This document shows, one piece after another, positions 10,655-19,447 of a stretch of DNA of 64,000 nt. Every line of letters starts with the position of its first letter. Positions within the stretch are counted from its first letter, which is position 1. This stretch comes from an uncultured Kiritimatiellota bacterium (GTDB taxonomy: Bacteria; Verrucomicrobiota; Kiritimatiellia; RFP12; UBA1067): contig CAKTZA010000001.1 in assembly GCA_934635045.1 (NCBI GenBank), forward strand, positions 82,640 to 146,639, read 5' to 3'. The notes under the pieces are model-generated. The model had not been told where the DNA came from. It saw only the letters and a list, made by a program, of their open reading frames with translations, and ran no database searches. The position numbers were made by a program, and so were the translations under genes.

Positions 10655-11328
10655 CGGATCGGTTCCTTCCCGTGCGTCACGAGGTAGTCGTTGCACGCCT
10701 TGAAGTGTCCGCACCCGAAGAAGCCCCGGAACGCGGAAAGCGGCGACGGATGGGCACAGGCGAGGACAAGGTTCTTCGACCGGTCGACGAACGCCGCCTT
10801 GCGCTGGGCGTAGGAGCCCCAGAGCAGGTAGACGAGCCCTTCGCGTTCCTCGGCGAGCTTGCGGACGACCGCGTCGGTGAACGTCTCCCAGCCACGCCCC
10901 TGATGAGACCCGGCCATCGACGAGTCACCGCCCGCGACCGTCAGCGTCGCGTTCAGGAGCAGGACGCCCTGCTCGGCCCAGTGCGTGAGGTCGCCGTCAC
11001 GCGAGAGGAAGTCGCCGCCGAACTCGTCCTGCAGCTCCTTGTAGATGTTGACGAGCGACGGCGGCAGCTGCACGCCCTTCTGCACCGAGAAGCAGAGCCC
11101 GTGCGCCTGGCGCGGATTGTGATAGGGATCCTGTCCGAGGATGACGACCTTCACCTGGTCAAAGGGCGTGCGGTCAAAGGCGTTGAAGATCAGCTTCGCC
11201 GGCGGATAGCACACGCTCCGCGCATACGCCGCGCGGACGAATTTCACGAGCTCGGCGAAGTAGGGCTTCTCGAACTCGTCCGCCAGCACGCGCTTCCACG
11301 ACTCGTCAATGCGCACGTTCATGGCCAC
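10648..11328 (-). CDS. ung: uracil-DNA glycosylase (family 1)
   Basis: VVILGQDPYH, LLLNATLTV and HPSPLSA motifs; 226 aa. Confidence 0.93.
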   Translation of the reverse strand: MAMNVRIDESWKRVLADEFEKPYFAELVKFVRAAYARSVCYPPAKLIFNAFDRTPFDQVKVVILGQDPYHNPRQAHGLCFSVQKGVQLPPSLVNIYKELQDEFGGDFLSRDGDLTHWAEQGVLLLNATLTVAGGDSSMAGSHQGRGWETFTDAVVRKLAEEREGLVYLLWGSYAQRKAAFVDRSKNLVLACAHPSPLSAFRGFFGCGHFKACNDYLVTHGKEPIRW

Positions 11329-11329
11329 A

Positions 11330-12709
11330 TCACTTCACGAACTTGTCCAGAAGGCCGAGGAAGAAGATCACGAAGATGAGAATCGGCAGCACGTAAGTGC
11401 AGTAGACGCGCACCGGCCCGGTTGGGAAGCGCAGCCCACGCCCCGTGTTCGCCTCTAACCGAAGCTTGCCCCAGCTCCAGCCGTAGTGATGGCAGCAGTA
11501 GCACGCAAAGGCCATGCTGCCCAGCGGCAGGAACAGGCTGGAGACGAGGAAGTCCTCAAGGTCGAGGACGGACGAGTTCGCGCCAAACGGATGGAACCCG
11601 CGCCAGACGCCGAACCCGAGGATGCACGGCAGGGCGAGGACGGCGAGCGCGACGCCCGCGACGAGCCCGGCCCGGCGGCGGCTCCAGCCGAAGTAGTCCA
11701 TGAGGCACGCGAGGATGTTCTCGAAGACGGCAATGACCGCCATCAGGGACGCGCCGCTCAGGAAGGCGAAGAAAAGCGTGCCCCAGAACTGCCCGGACGG
11801 CAGGCTGTTGAAGAGGCTCGGCAACGTCGCGAAGATGAGCCCGGTTCCCTGCTTCAGATCCACGCCGCAGGCAAAGCAGGCCGGGACGACGACAGCGCCG
11901 ACCGCGAGGGCGACGAACGTGGCGATGAGCCAGACGGCCAGAGCCCCGCCAAACACCTTCCGCTCCTGGCCGATGTAGCTGCCGAAGACGGACATCGCGC
12001 CGATGCCGATCGAGAGCGTGCAGAACGACTGGTTCATCGCCTCGATGAGCACCGGGATGGGGCCGATGGCCTCCACGCGCGGGTAGTCGGGAATCAGGTA
12101 GAACTTGAGGCCCGCGAAGTCGTTGAGCCGCGCGTCCAGCCGGATGCTGTGCACGGCCAGCGCGGCAATCATCACCAGCAGGCAGGGCATCAGCCACATC
12201 GCCACGCGCACCGCGCCCTTCTGCAGCCCGCACATGCCGACGAGCGTCGTGACCGCCGTCACCGCGAGCATCGCCGTCACCATGCTGCGCGGGTCGCTGC
12301 GCAGGCCGTCAAACGCCGCGCTGACGGCGGCGGCGTCAAGGCCGACAAACGCGCCGTTCGCCATCCGCACGAGATAGATGAACATCCACCCCGTGAGCGT
12401 CGTGCAGAACATCAGCAGGACGATGCTTCCGAGGAAGCCGGCGATGCCGTGCAGGCGCCAGAGCCGCCGACGGGGCGTCAGCGTCTCGTGGAGACGCGCA
12501 ATCGAGCGCTTGGCGGCGCGGCCCGTGCCGAACTCCATAAAGAGAATCGGCAGCCCGATCAGCACCAGGAAGACGAGGTGCAGGGCGACGAACCAGCCGC
12601 CGCCGTTCTGCCCGACGACAGAGGGGAATCGCCAGACATTGCCAAGGCCGACCGCGACGCCGGCGGACAGCAGGATGAAGCCGAGACGGCTCGTCAGTTT
12701 CTCTCTCAT
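11330..12709 (-). CDS. sodium-dependent transporter (SNF/NSS family)
   Basis: RLGFILLSAGVAVGLGNVWRFP near the N-terminus. 459 aa with about 11-12 TM helices. Confidence 0.88.
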   Translation of the reverse strand: MREKLTSRLGFILLSAGVAVGLGNVWRFPSVVGQNGGGWFVALHLVFLVLIGLPILFMEFGTGRAAKRSIARLHETLTPRRRLWRLHGIAGFLGSIVLLMFCTTLTGWMFIYLVRMANGAFVGLDAAAVSAAFDGLRSDPRSMVTAMLAVTAVTTLVGMCGLQKGAVRVAMWLMPCLLVMIAALAVHSIRLDARLNDFAGLKFYLIPDYPRVEAIGPIPVLIEAMNQSFCTLSIGIGAMSVFGSYIGQERKVFGGALAVWLIATFVALAVGAVVVPACFACGVDLKQGTGLIFATLPSLFNSLPSGQFWGTLFFAFLSGASLMAVIAVFENILACLMDYFGWSRRRAGLVAGVALAVLALPCILGFGVWRGFHPFGANSSVLDLEDFLVSSLFLPLGSMAFACYCCHHYGWSWGKLRLEANTGRGLRFPTGPVRVYCTYVLPILIFVIFFLGLLDKFVK

Positions 12710-12756
12710 GCGAAAATCTCTTTCCTTTTGCTTCTTCGCTTCGTAATGAACGTCAT

Positions 12757-12765
12757 ATTATACCA
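12757..12765 (-). promoter_or_regulatory. extended -10 (TGGTATAAT)
   Basis: Reverse complement of attatacca, ~48 nt upstream of the SNF transporter ATG at 12709. Confidence 0.5.
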
Positions 12766-12772
12766 AAATCCG

Positions 12773-13843
12773 TCATCGGGAAATCGCGAAGCACCGTCCG
12801 TTGCGGCGGTTGGGGCACGTCGGCGGCTTCGCCGCGCCGGACGCGCCGGAGCACCGGTAGCAGATCTCGTTCTCCAGCGGCCCGCCGGCGAAGTAGGCGT
12901 CGAGGTTCGCGCAGGTCGTCGACGCGATGTTCGCGAGCGCCTCGCGCGTCAGGAACGCCTGGTGCGACGTCACGATGACGTTCGGCATTGAGACCAGCAG
13001 CGCGAGCACCTTGTCCTGCTTCACGCGCTGCGAGCGGTCTTCGTAGAACCAGTCGCTCTCCTCCTCGTACACGTCGAGGCCCGCACCGCCGAGCCGCCCG
13101 TCGCGCAAGGCGTCCAGAAGGGCCTCGCTCTCGATGAGGCCGCCGCGCGACGTGTTGACGAGCAGCGCGCCGGGCTTCATCTTTCCGATCGTCTCGGCGT
13201 TGAAGAGGTGATGCGTCTCCGGCGTCAGCGGACAGTGCAGCGAGACGACGTCCGACTCGGCGAGCAGCCGGTCGAGCGTCACGTAGTCGAGACCGCTCGC
13301 CGGGTTCGGGAAGGCGTCGTAGGCGAGGACGCGCATGCCGAGCCCCTTGCAGATGTCGCAGAAAATGCGCCCGATCCTGCCCGTGCCGACGACGCCCGCC
13401 GTCTTGCCGTGGAGATCCATGCCCGTCAGCCCGACGAGCGAGAAGTTGAAGTCGCGCGTCCGCGCCGCCGCCTTGTGCAGATGGCGGTTGAGCGTCATCA
13501 GGAGCGACATCGCGTGCTCCGCGACGGCGTAGGGCGAATAGGCCGGCACGCGCACGACCGTCAGCCCCTTCTCGAACGCCGCCTTGAAGTCGACGTTGTT
13601 GTAGCCCGCGCACCGCAGGGCGAGCACCTTCACGCCGCGCGAGACAAGCCCCTCGACGGTCGCCGCGTCGATCTCGTCGTTCACGAACGCGCAGACGCCC
13701 GCGCAGCCTTCCGCGAGCGGCACGGACGCCGCCCGGAGCCGCGTCTCGAAATACCGAAACTCATAACGCCCCGCATTCGCCGCGTCGAACGACGCGCGAT
13801 CATAGGGCTTTGCGTCAAACACTGCAATCTTCGTCATGGCCAC
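12773..13843 (-). CDS. ldhA: D-isomer-specific 2-hydroxyacid (D-lactate) dehydrogenase with a ~30-aa Cys-rich C-terminal tail
   Basis: MTKIAVFD..; NAD-binding GVVGTGRIGR; ..NTSRGGLI..LDVYEEE..VIVTSHQAF. The tail is CYRCSGASGAAKPPTCPNRRNGRC. Confidence 0.82.
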   Translation of the reverse strand: MAMTKIAVFDAKPYDRASFDAANAGRYEFRYFETRLRAASVPLAEGCAGVCAFVNDEIDAATVEGLVSRGVKVLALRCAGYNNVDFKAAFEKGLTVVRVPAYSPYAVAEHAMSLLMTLNRHLHKAAARTRDFNFSLVGLTGMDLHGKTAGVVGTGRIGRIFCDICKGLGMRVLAYDAFPNPASGLDYVTLDRLLAESDVVSLHCPLTPETHHLFNAETIGKMKPGALLVNTSRGGLIESEALLDALRDGRLGGAGLDVYEEESDWFYEDRSQRVKQDKVLALLVSMPNVIVTSHQAFLTREALANIASTTCANLDAYFAGGPLENEICYRCSGASGAAKPPTCPNRRNGRCFAISR

Positions 13844-13870
13844 ACCTCCCTTGATTTTGAGAACAGGGGA

Positions 13871-13879
13871 ATTCTACCA
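13871..13879 (-). promoter_or_regulatory. extended -10 (TGGTAGAAT) for ldhA
   Basis: Reverse complement of attctacca. TTTACG lies 18 nt upstream and GGGAGG precedes the ATG at 13843. Confidence 0.5.
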
Positions 13880-13881
13880 TA

Positions 13882-14010
13882 TTTCGCCCGTCCGCGTAAA
13901 GCCCGCCGCGCGTGAGCCACTGGGCCTGGGCATGAAAAGACGATCCGCTCCCTGCGAAACGGACAGTCGTTCGCATCAGTGGCCCGTCGCGCGTGTCCCT
14001 GTCGCTTGCC
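13882..14010. repeat. conserved intergenic element, copy A
   Basis: The 25-mer tttcgcccgtccgcgtaaagcccgc is identical to 16760-16784. The ~60-nt core 13919-13979 is ~85% identical to 34402-34460. The hairpin segment 13991-14008 recurs inverted at 34489-34506. Confidence 0.6.
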
Positions 14011-14167
14011 GACGTGCGACGTGCTTCGGGGCAACGGTGCTCGGCCGACCCGCCTACGCGAGTTGATTTCAGAACATTCGTCGCACATCCCGAAAGGAGC
14101 GCTCCGCCGATCAGCAAGACAGACCAGCGGCAACGTTTCAGAAACGTCTTAAACGTCAAATGCGCCC

Positions 14168-15568
14168 TTACTTCTTCGTCTTGCCTGTCGTGATGAGCGG
14201 CGACTGGACGATGTTGACGACGATGGCGCCCTTGCGGACGATTTCAAACGTGCTGCCTTTCTTGGCATAGCGCGGCGTCGCATAGCTGATGTCAATCGCC
14301 AAGTCGCCGACCTTTCCGGCGAACCACTGCGTCTTGTCGAGCCCCAGAAGCGCTTTCGTGTCGCCGAAGGTCGGGACGCCCTCGCCGTACATCTGCGCGA
14401 GCGCGGACTGCCCTTCCGCCGTGTCGGCAACGGGGATCTTCGCGCCGTATTCCGCCTCCAGCCGCGCCAGAATCTTCTGCGCCTGCGCCGCCAGTTCCTC
14501 GTCCGTGACAGCGCCGTCAAACGGACGGCGGAGCGCAAACGTTCCGAACGGCATGCCCAAGAGCCTGATGGACTGATTGACCTTGCGTTCCGTCAGGCCC
14601 TCGAAAGGCGCGTCCAGCGGCGTCCACTCCCGCGTGACGGTCGCCGACGCATTGGTCTGCCACAAGGCGGACGAGAGAACGTTCGTCTGCGTCGGCGTGT
14701 CGAGGTCGATGCCGAAAAGCCGGTTGACCGTCTCGCGCAGTCGCTTCGCCGCCTTGTGTGCCGCCTTTTGTTCCTTGGTCGGCACGAGTCCGCTGGACGT
14801 GGCCGAACACATCTCGTTCGTGTAGACGGGAATCTTGTCGCCCGGCTTGTATGAAGAGGACACATGCACCCAATGCCTCGAATATGCAACGATGATGCTG
14901 TATTCGCCCTTGTCGCTCAACATGCCGCTGACGCGGTAATCGGTCGCCGCTTTCTCACCCTGTCGCTCGCCCCCAAAATAGACAAAACCCGAAGCGAAAC
15001 TTGAGCCTCGGTCGTTCGACTCTTTGCACCGTTCAGCCAGTTGGCGAACAGATTCCTTCGCTTCCTCCTCCGTCTCATCCGTGCGGCATTGCATCTTGAT
15101 GCCTAAACGCTTTTCCATGTCCGCGGCAATCTTGCCGACCGTCTCGCGGCATTCGGCATGCGTCCTTATCTTCTTGCCGGAACAAGACGACCAACCGCCA
15201 AGCGAGAGACTGCAATGCTCGAGAGCCTTTTCCTTGCCCTTGAACGAAAGGAACATCCGTTCGCAACCGAAATACGGCGTGGCCAGTCGCGCCTCGGCGT
15301 GATGATGCCAGTTCGTGGTCGTCGTCTTCGTGCGCGGATCGTAGTTCGCATTCACGGAAGTGCGAATCAGGTCGCCGAACGTCTGCGCATATTCGGTCGA
15401 GCCGATCTCAAATTCAAAGGGCGAATCTGCGACGACGGTTCCCTGCTCGACGCGATACCCCGGTGCGCTCACGCATCCTGACAGGGCCATCGCCGCCCAT
15501 GCCGCAAAGGCCATTGTGCCCATCATCCTGACAGTCTTCATGCGCAATGTTCCTTTCGTGAGTTTCAT
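14168..15568 (-). CDS. hypothetical lipoprotein (~466 aa)
   Basis: MKLTKGTLRMKTVRMMGTMAFAAWAAMALSGC provides a signal peptide and lipobox. The start was chosen from the leaderless geometry (ATG at 15571 or 15568); the track start at 15736 is upstream of the promoter. Confidence 0.65.
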   Translation of the reverse strand: MKLTKGTLRMKTVRMMGTMAFAAWAAMALSGCVSAPGYRVEQGTVVADSPFEFEIGSTEYAQTFGDLIRTSVNANYDPRTKTTTTNWHHHAEARLATPYFGCERMFLSFKGKEKALEHCSLSLGGWSSCSGKKIRTHAECRETVGKIAADMEKRLGIKMQCRTDETEEEAKESVRQLAERCKESNDRGSSFASGFVYFGGERQGEKAATDYRVSGMLSDKGEYSIIVAYSRHWVHVSSSYKPGDKIPVYTNEMCSATSSGLVPTKEQKAAHKAAKRLRETVNRLFGIDLDTPTQTNVLSSALWQTNASATVTREWTPLDAPFEGLTERKVNQSIRLLGMPFGTFALRRPFDGAVTDEELAAQAQKILARLEAEYGAKIPVADTAEGQSALAQMYGEGVPTFGDTKALLGLDKTQWFAGKVGDLAIDISYATPRYAKKGSTFEIVRKGAIVVNIVQSPLITTGKTKK

Positions 15569-15575
15569 CATGGGC

Positions 15576-15584
15576 ATTATATCA
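15576..15584 (-). promoter_or_regulatory. extended -10 (TGATATAAT), leaderless configuration
   Basis: Reverse complement of attatatca. ATG codons at 15571 and 15568 lie 4-7 nt downstream. Confidence 0.5.
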
Positions 15585-15647
15585 TAAATCCTGTTTCGCT
15601 GTCGCAAACAGCTTTTACGTCCCTTCGAGAATTCCAATCCGCCAGAA

Positions 15648-15746
15648 TCATGCCGAGGCCGATGCATCCGCCCAAAAGAGCTTTCGCGTGACGTTTCTAT
15701 CGCCATGAAGATAGGCGATGCAGATGTTCGTGTCAATGAGAATCAT
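15648..15746 (-). pseudogene. vapC: VapC (PIN-domain toxin) stub, 32 codons
   Basis: MILIDTNICIAYLHGDRNVTRKLFWADASASA* is a canonical PIN N-terminus (xxLxDTNxxIxxL). Its ATG overlaps the antitoxin stop (ATGA), and it terminates after 32 aa. Confidence 0.6.
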
Positions 15747-15961
15747 AGGACAACGGCCCTTCCTCTCGTGCGATGCCCCTCAATGTCGCGAATGATCTCC
15801 TGGGTCGACCGCGCGTCTTTCCATGAACCAGACAATGCCTGCAAGGCAGCCCTGCGTTTCGCGCGGCCTTCATCTTCGATGGGCTTCCTCGTCTGCATGA
15901 CAGACAGCTCGTCCGTCTCATGCTTCACATGGTCGTCTACCCTAAAGTGCACTTGTGCCAT
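15743..15961 (-). CDS. type II antitoxin-like protein (VapB-type partner of the PIN stub)
   Basis: MAQVHFRVDDHVKHE..ALSGSWKDARSTQEIIRDIEGHR. It is small, sits upstream of the PIN stub and overlaps it by 4 bp. Confidence 0.55.
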   Translation of the reverse strand: MAQVHFRVDDHVKHETDELSVMQTRKPIEDEGRAKRRAALQALSGSWKDARSTQEIIRDIEGHRTRGRAVVL

Positions 15962-16046
15962 GACTTTTCTCCTCATGATGTTGTGGATGCTATACCGCAT
16001 TTCGCTTTACATTGTCAAGCGCCCAAAGCCCTGCGGATTGTCATTT

Positions 16047-16078
16047 CCATTCTCACTTTTTTTAAAAAGTGAGAATGG
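16047..16078. terminator. perfect 15-bp palindrome (bidirectional terminator-like hairpin)
   Basis: ccattctcacttttt-tt-aaaaagtgagaatgg. The A/T runs fall inside the stem ends. Confidence 0.6.
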
Positions 16079-16130
16079 AGGCTTATCGTGAAACGGGACA
16101 GGGGCAATGCAACGATTACTTTCTAATCCA

Positions 16131-16484
16131 TCAGAAAAGAATCGCCAACCCCACGACGAGAGCATACAACCACCAACGGCTGAAAATCGCCGTCGCGAGA
16201 GACGCAACCGACAGGCAGATCTCATGGCAGGCGGGCAATAGGCCATTCGGCATCAACCGCCAAAGCGTTCCACCACCCAAACCGACTCCTGACCGTCCAA
16301 CGCGACAGTAGGGTTCGTCGCCCACGAGCGCAGTCCACACCGACGCATACGCAGAGCGGTCGCTCAGCCAAGCCACGAATCCGGCAGTCAACACCAAAAG
16401 TCCGACAATCCCGATGAGGCCGAAAATCAGCCTCAAGATAAACATTCCTATGTCTCGATCATATTCTCGGACTTCAATAGACAT
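16131..16484 (-). CDS. hypothetical small membrane protein
   Basis: 117-aa ORF with two hydrophobic stretches (FILRLIFGLIGIVGLLVLTAGFVAWL and WWLYALVVGLAILF). No homology recognised. Confidence 0.35.
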   Translation of the reverse strand: MSIEVREYDRDIGMFILRLIFGLIGIVGLLVLTAGFVAWLSDRSAYASVWTALVGDEPYCRVGRSGVGLGGGTLWRLMPNGLLPACHEICLSVASLATAIFSRWWLYALVVGLAILF

Positions 16485-16496
16485 CGCAAGCGCCCT

Positions 16497-16688
16497 CTAA
16501 AAGCTCCCGATGACCTTTTCCGCCCCGTCGGGAGCGATCTCGACAATCTTGCGACCCTTGGCAACGGTAATCGAGAGCCCAGCCGCAAACGCGGCCTTCA
16601 CGGCATCGCGACTCGCGGCGCGTGCGCATTCGGCGAGCTTCTTCTCTTCTGCGCTCAGTTCCTTGCGGAATGTCACTTTCACAGGCAT
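16497..16688 (-). CDS. hypothetical small protein (63 aa)
   Basis: MPVKVTFRKELSAEEKKLAECARAASRDAVKAAFAAGLSITVAKGRKIVEIAPDGAEKVIGSF. The ATG lies 6 nt downstream of a TGCTATAAT box. Confidence 0.5.
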   Translation of the reverse strand: MPVKVTFRKELSAEEKKLAECARAASRDAVKAAFAAGLSITVAKGRKIVEIAPDGAEKVIGSF

Positions 16689-16694
16689 GGACGT

Positions 16695-16703
16695 ATTATA
16701 GCA
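16695..16703 (-). promoter_or_regulatory. extended -10 (TGCTATAAT), leaderless configuration
   Basis: Reverse complement of attatagca, 6 nt from the ATG at 16688. Confidence 0.55.
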
Positions 16704-16759
16704 CATCTTCTCATGCCCTGGGTGGATGGAGCTCGAATTGGGGGGACACGGATTCCCTG

Positions 16760-16784
16760 TTTCGCCCGTCCGCGTAAAGCCCGC
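16760..16784. repeat. conserved intergenic element, partial copy C
   Basis: 25/25 identical to 13882-13906. Confidence 0.6.
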
Positions 16785-16791
16785 TGAGAAA

Positions 16792-16800
16792 TGGTATAAT
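16792..16800 (+). promoter_or_regulatory. extended -10 (TGGTATAAT)
   Basis: tggtataat lies 8 nt upstream of the ATG at 16809. Confidence 0.5.
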
Positions 16801-16928
16801 GTTTGCGCATGGCACGCATGTGCTGTCGTCCGAATCTCAATGACCCGATAAGGAGAGGATTGACGATGAAGAAAATGCCGAACCTGTTGGATGCGATTGC
16901 CAAGTCCCTGACCGTCTGCGGACAGGCG

Positions 16929-17357
16929 ATGCGACGCACGTGGCGCACGTTGCTGGGCCAAGGCGTTTTATGCGGGCTTCTTGCCGTCGCCGGGTGCGCG
17001 CAGAAACCGCTCGATGCGCAGCTTCGTGCGGACTGTGCGGCGCAAGTTCCGCAACTGCAACCGACAGCGGCGGACGCGGCTGCCGTCGATGAGATCGTGG
17101 CGCAACTGGGCGATGGGGAAATCGACGGCGAGGCGTTGCTGGATGCGTGCCACGAGAAAGGGCTTTTCAACGCCCGCCAGACCTTCGCACTTCAAAAACG
17201 CCTTGTCGGACGCGCGATTGCGTACCGACGACTTGGCCTTGAGTCCGTTTTCGTTCAGAAGGACAAGTTGACAGCCGACGCATCTACGCCGTCCGAGAGG
17301 GCCACGCGGTTTTCGGATTCGCAGACGACTGATGAGATCCCAGCCGCAACAAAATAA
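16929..17357 (+). CDS. hypothetical lipoprotein
   Basis: MRRTWRTLLGQGVLCGLLAVAGC is a lipoprotein signal peptide. In-frame upstream ATGs at 16809 (leaderless position) and 16866 are alternative starts. Confidence 0.5.
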   Translation: MRRTWRTLLGQGVLCGLLAVAGCAQKPLDAQLRADCAAQVPQLQPTAADAAAVDEIVAQLGDGEIDGEALLDACHEKGLFNARQTFALQKRLVGRAIAYRRLGLESVFVQKDKLTADASTPSERATRFSDSQTTDEIPAATK

Positions 17358-17369
17358 GCGGATTTACAT

Positions 17370-18683
17370 TTACCCGACGACCAGCTCCTCGGTCGGGAAG
17401 CGGACGCGGCGGTTCGACTCGCGGTCGCCGATCATCATGACGACGGTCAGCGCGCCGAGGCGGCCAAAGAACATCGCGCACATGATGACGGCACGCCCCG
17501 TCGGCGAGAGCCGCGCCGTCGTGTCGCCCAGCGAGAGGCCCGTCGTCGTGACCGCCGAGATCACCTCGAAGAAAAGCGCCTCGCCGCTCAGGCCGCGCCC
17601 CGCCTCCGTGAACGACAGCACGCCGTTGACGAGCCAAATGAACGCGAGCATCACGCTCACGATGACGATGGACTCGCGGACGACGTCGTTCGGCACCGTC
17701 CGTCGCGAAATGACCGTCTCGTCCTCGCCCCGGCACATCGCGCGCAGCGTGTAGACGAGGACGGCAAGCGTCGTCACCTTGATACCGCCCGAAGAAGAGC
17801 CGGGGCCACCGCCGATGAACATGAGCGCCTCGCAGACGTTGACCGTCAGTGTCCGCAGGCTCTCAACTGGCACAACCGTGAACCCGCACGTGCGCGGCGT
17901 CACGGCCTGGTAGAACGCGACAGACAGCTTCTGGAGCGGCGCAAAGTCCTTCAGCGCGCCGTTCCATTCGAGCGCGAGAAACGCGAGAAACGCGAGCGCG
18001 AGCAGGTAGAGCGTGAACCGCAGGACGACCGCGCTGTGGAGCGAGAGGCGTCCGCGCCCGCCCGACGTGCGCCGCCGGAAGCGATATGTGCAGAGGTTGT
18101 AGAGGACGAGGAACCCGATGCCGCCCAGAATCGACTCGACCGCAAGGACGGCCAGCACATACGGGTCGGCGGCGAACGGCGCAAGCGAACCGGGGAGGAT
18201 GCCGAACCCTGCGTTGCAGAAGCTCATCACCACGTAGAACACCGACAGGAACCAGTCGTGCAGCCGCAGATAAAGCAGCCCCGCGCCCACGCCCTCCAGA
18301 ACGAGCATCGACCCGACGACCCAGAGGATCAGGCCCTTCAGGCCATGGATCCCGGCGACGCCATAGGCGTTCATGAGCGAGAACTCGCGGCTCAGCGACA
18401 GGCGGCGGCCAATCGCGACGAGCAGAAACGTGCCGCACGTCATGAGGCCGAGGCACCCGATCTCCACCAGCGTCAGCACGACGACCTGCCCCGTGCGCGA
18501 AAACTCGCGCGCGATGTCCACGACCGTCAGGCCCGTCACGCAGACCGCCGAACACGCCGTGAACAATGCGTCCAGCCAGCCGCCCCACTGCCCGTCCGCC
18601 CGCGCCCACGGCGTAGAAAGCGCACTCGCGCCGACGAGAATCAGCGCGAGGAAGCCAACGGCGATGGAAGAGCGTTTCGTCAT
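17370..18683 (-). CDS. trkH: TrkH/KtrB-family potassium uptake membrane protein
   Basis: 437 aa, multi-TM, with ..SAVCVTGLTV.., ..CNAGFGIL.., ..TPRTCGFT.. and ..TTTGLSLG.. pore-loop-like repeats. The ATG at 18683 overlaps the tatC stop (ATGA). Confidence 0.8.
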   Translation of the reverse strand: MTKRSSIAVGFLALILVGASALSTPWARADGQWGGWLDALFTACSAVCVTGLTVVDIAREFSRTGQVVVLTLVEIGCLGLMTCGTFLLVAIGRRLSLSREFSLMNAYGVAGIHGLKGLILWVVGSMLVLEGVGAGLLYLRLHDWFLSVFYVVMSFCNAGFGILPGSLAPFAADPYVLAVLAVESILGGIGFLVLYNLCTYRFRRRTSGGRGRLSLHSAVVLRFTLYLLALAFLAFLALEWNGALKDFAPLQKLSVAFYQAVTPRTCGFTVVPVESLRTLTVNVCEALMFIGGGPGSSSGGIKVTTLAVLVYTLRAMCRGEDETVISRRTVPNDVVRESIVIVSVMLAFIWLVNGVLSFTEAGRGLSGEALFFEVISAVTTTGLSLGDTTARLSPTGRAVIMCAMFFGRLGALTVVMMIGDRESNRRVRFPTEELVVG

Positions 18684-19447
18684 GCGGACTTCTTGCGGAA
18701 GCCGCCCCGCTCCTTCAGCCACACGGCCCAGATCGAGAGCTCGTAGAGGAGGCAGAGCGGAACCGCCATGAGAATCTGGCTCATCGGGTCGGGCGGCGTC
18801 AGGAACATCGCCAGCACGAACGCGATGACGATCGCCGCGCGCCGCTTCTCGCGCAGCCCCTTCGACGTCACCATGCCGAAGCAGCCGAGGACGAAGATGA
18901 TGAGCGGCATCTGGAAGACGAGGCCGAAGGCGACGATCAGCTTCAGGACGACCGGCACGTAGGTGTCGATCGTGATGATCTGCTGGGGAATGCCCATCCA
19001 GTCGCCAATCTGCCGGAACGCGACGACCACGAGCGGCACGGTCTTCATGTAGGCGAGGACGCCGCCCACGAGAAAGAGGGCCGTGCCCGCCGTGATGCCC
19101 GAAAGGATCACGAACTTCTCGCGGTTCGTCAGCGCCGGGAAGACGAAGCGCAACACGGCGAACGACATGAGCGGGAACGCCAGCACCGTGCCGCCCCAGA
19201 CCGTGATCGAAAGCCACACGTCAAAGGGAGCCGTCATGCCGACGACCTGCAGAAGCCCCTGGAACTCCGCCGCCGGCGACTTGAGGAGCGTCAGGATCTG
19301 GTTCGCGAAGACGCCCGCGATGACCATGCCGAGCGCCCAAGAGATGCCCGCGAACACAATCATGTCGCGGAGCGCGAGCAGATGAACCAAGAGCGGCTGC
19401 GGCGGATCGTTCCGCGCGTCCGGATTCTCAAGAAGCTTGATGGCCAT
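18680..19447 (-). CDS. tatC: twin-arginine translocase subunit TatC
   Basis: 255 aa, 6 TM. HLLALRDM.. at the N-terminus and FLTPPDPMSQ near the C-terminus. Confidence 0.9.
   Translation of the reverse strand: MAIKLLENPDARNDPPQPLLVHLLALRDMIVFAGISWALGMVIAGVFANQILTLLKSPAAEFQGLLQVVGMTAPFDVWLSITVWGGTVLAFPLMSFAVLRFVFPALTNREKFVILSGITAGTALFLVGGVLAYMKTVPLVVVAFRQIGDWMGIPQQIITIDTYVPVVLKLIVAFGLVFQMPLIIFVLGCFGMVTSKGLREKRRAAIVIAFVLAMFLTPPDPMSQILMAVPLCLLYELSIWAVWLKERGGFRKKSA

Noticed and set aside
12773-12870. Cys-rich C-terminal tail of the D-lactate dehydrogenase as a metal-binding add-on domain
   Set aside because: It is only ~30 residues with four Cys and no recognisable motif. It could simply be a late stop codon. 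It is noted in the feature but not pursued.
7274-15568. Possible paralogy between the lipoproteins 7274-7891 and 14168-15568
   Set aside because: The similarity rests on a few short segments (ALETGRAIVKDLGRRLGVPL vs ECRETVGKIAADMEKRLGIKM vs AAQAQKILARLEAEYGAKI). This is too weak to claim without a computed alignment.
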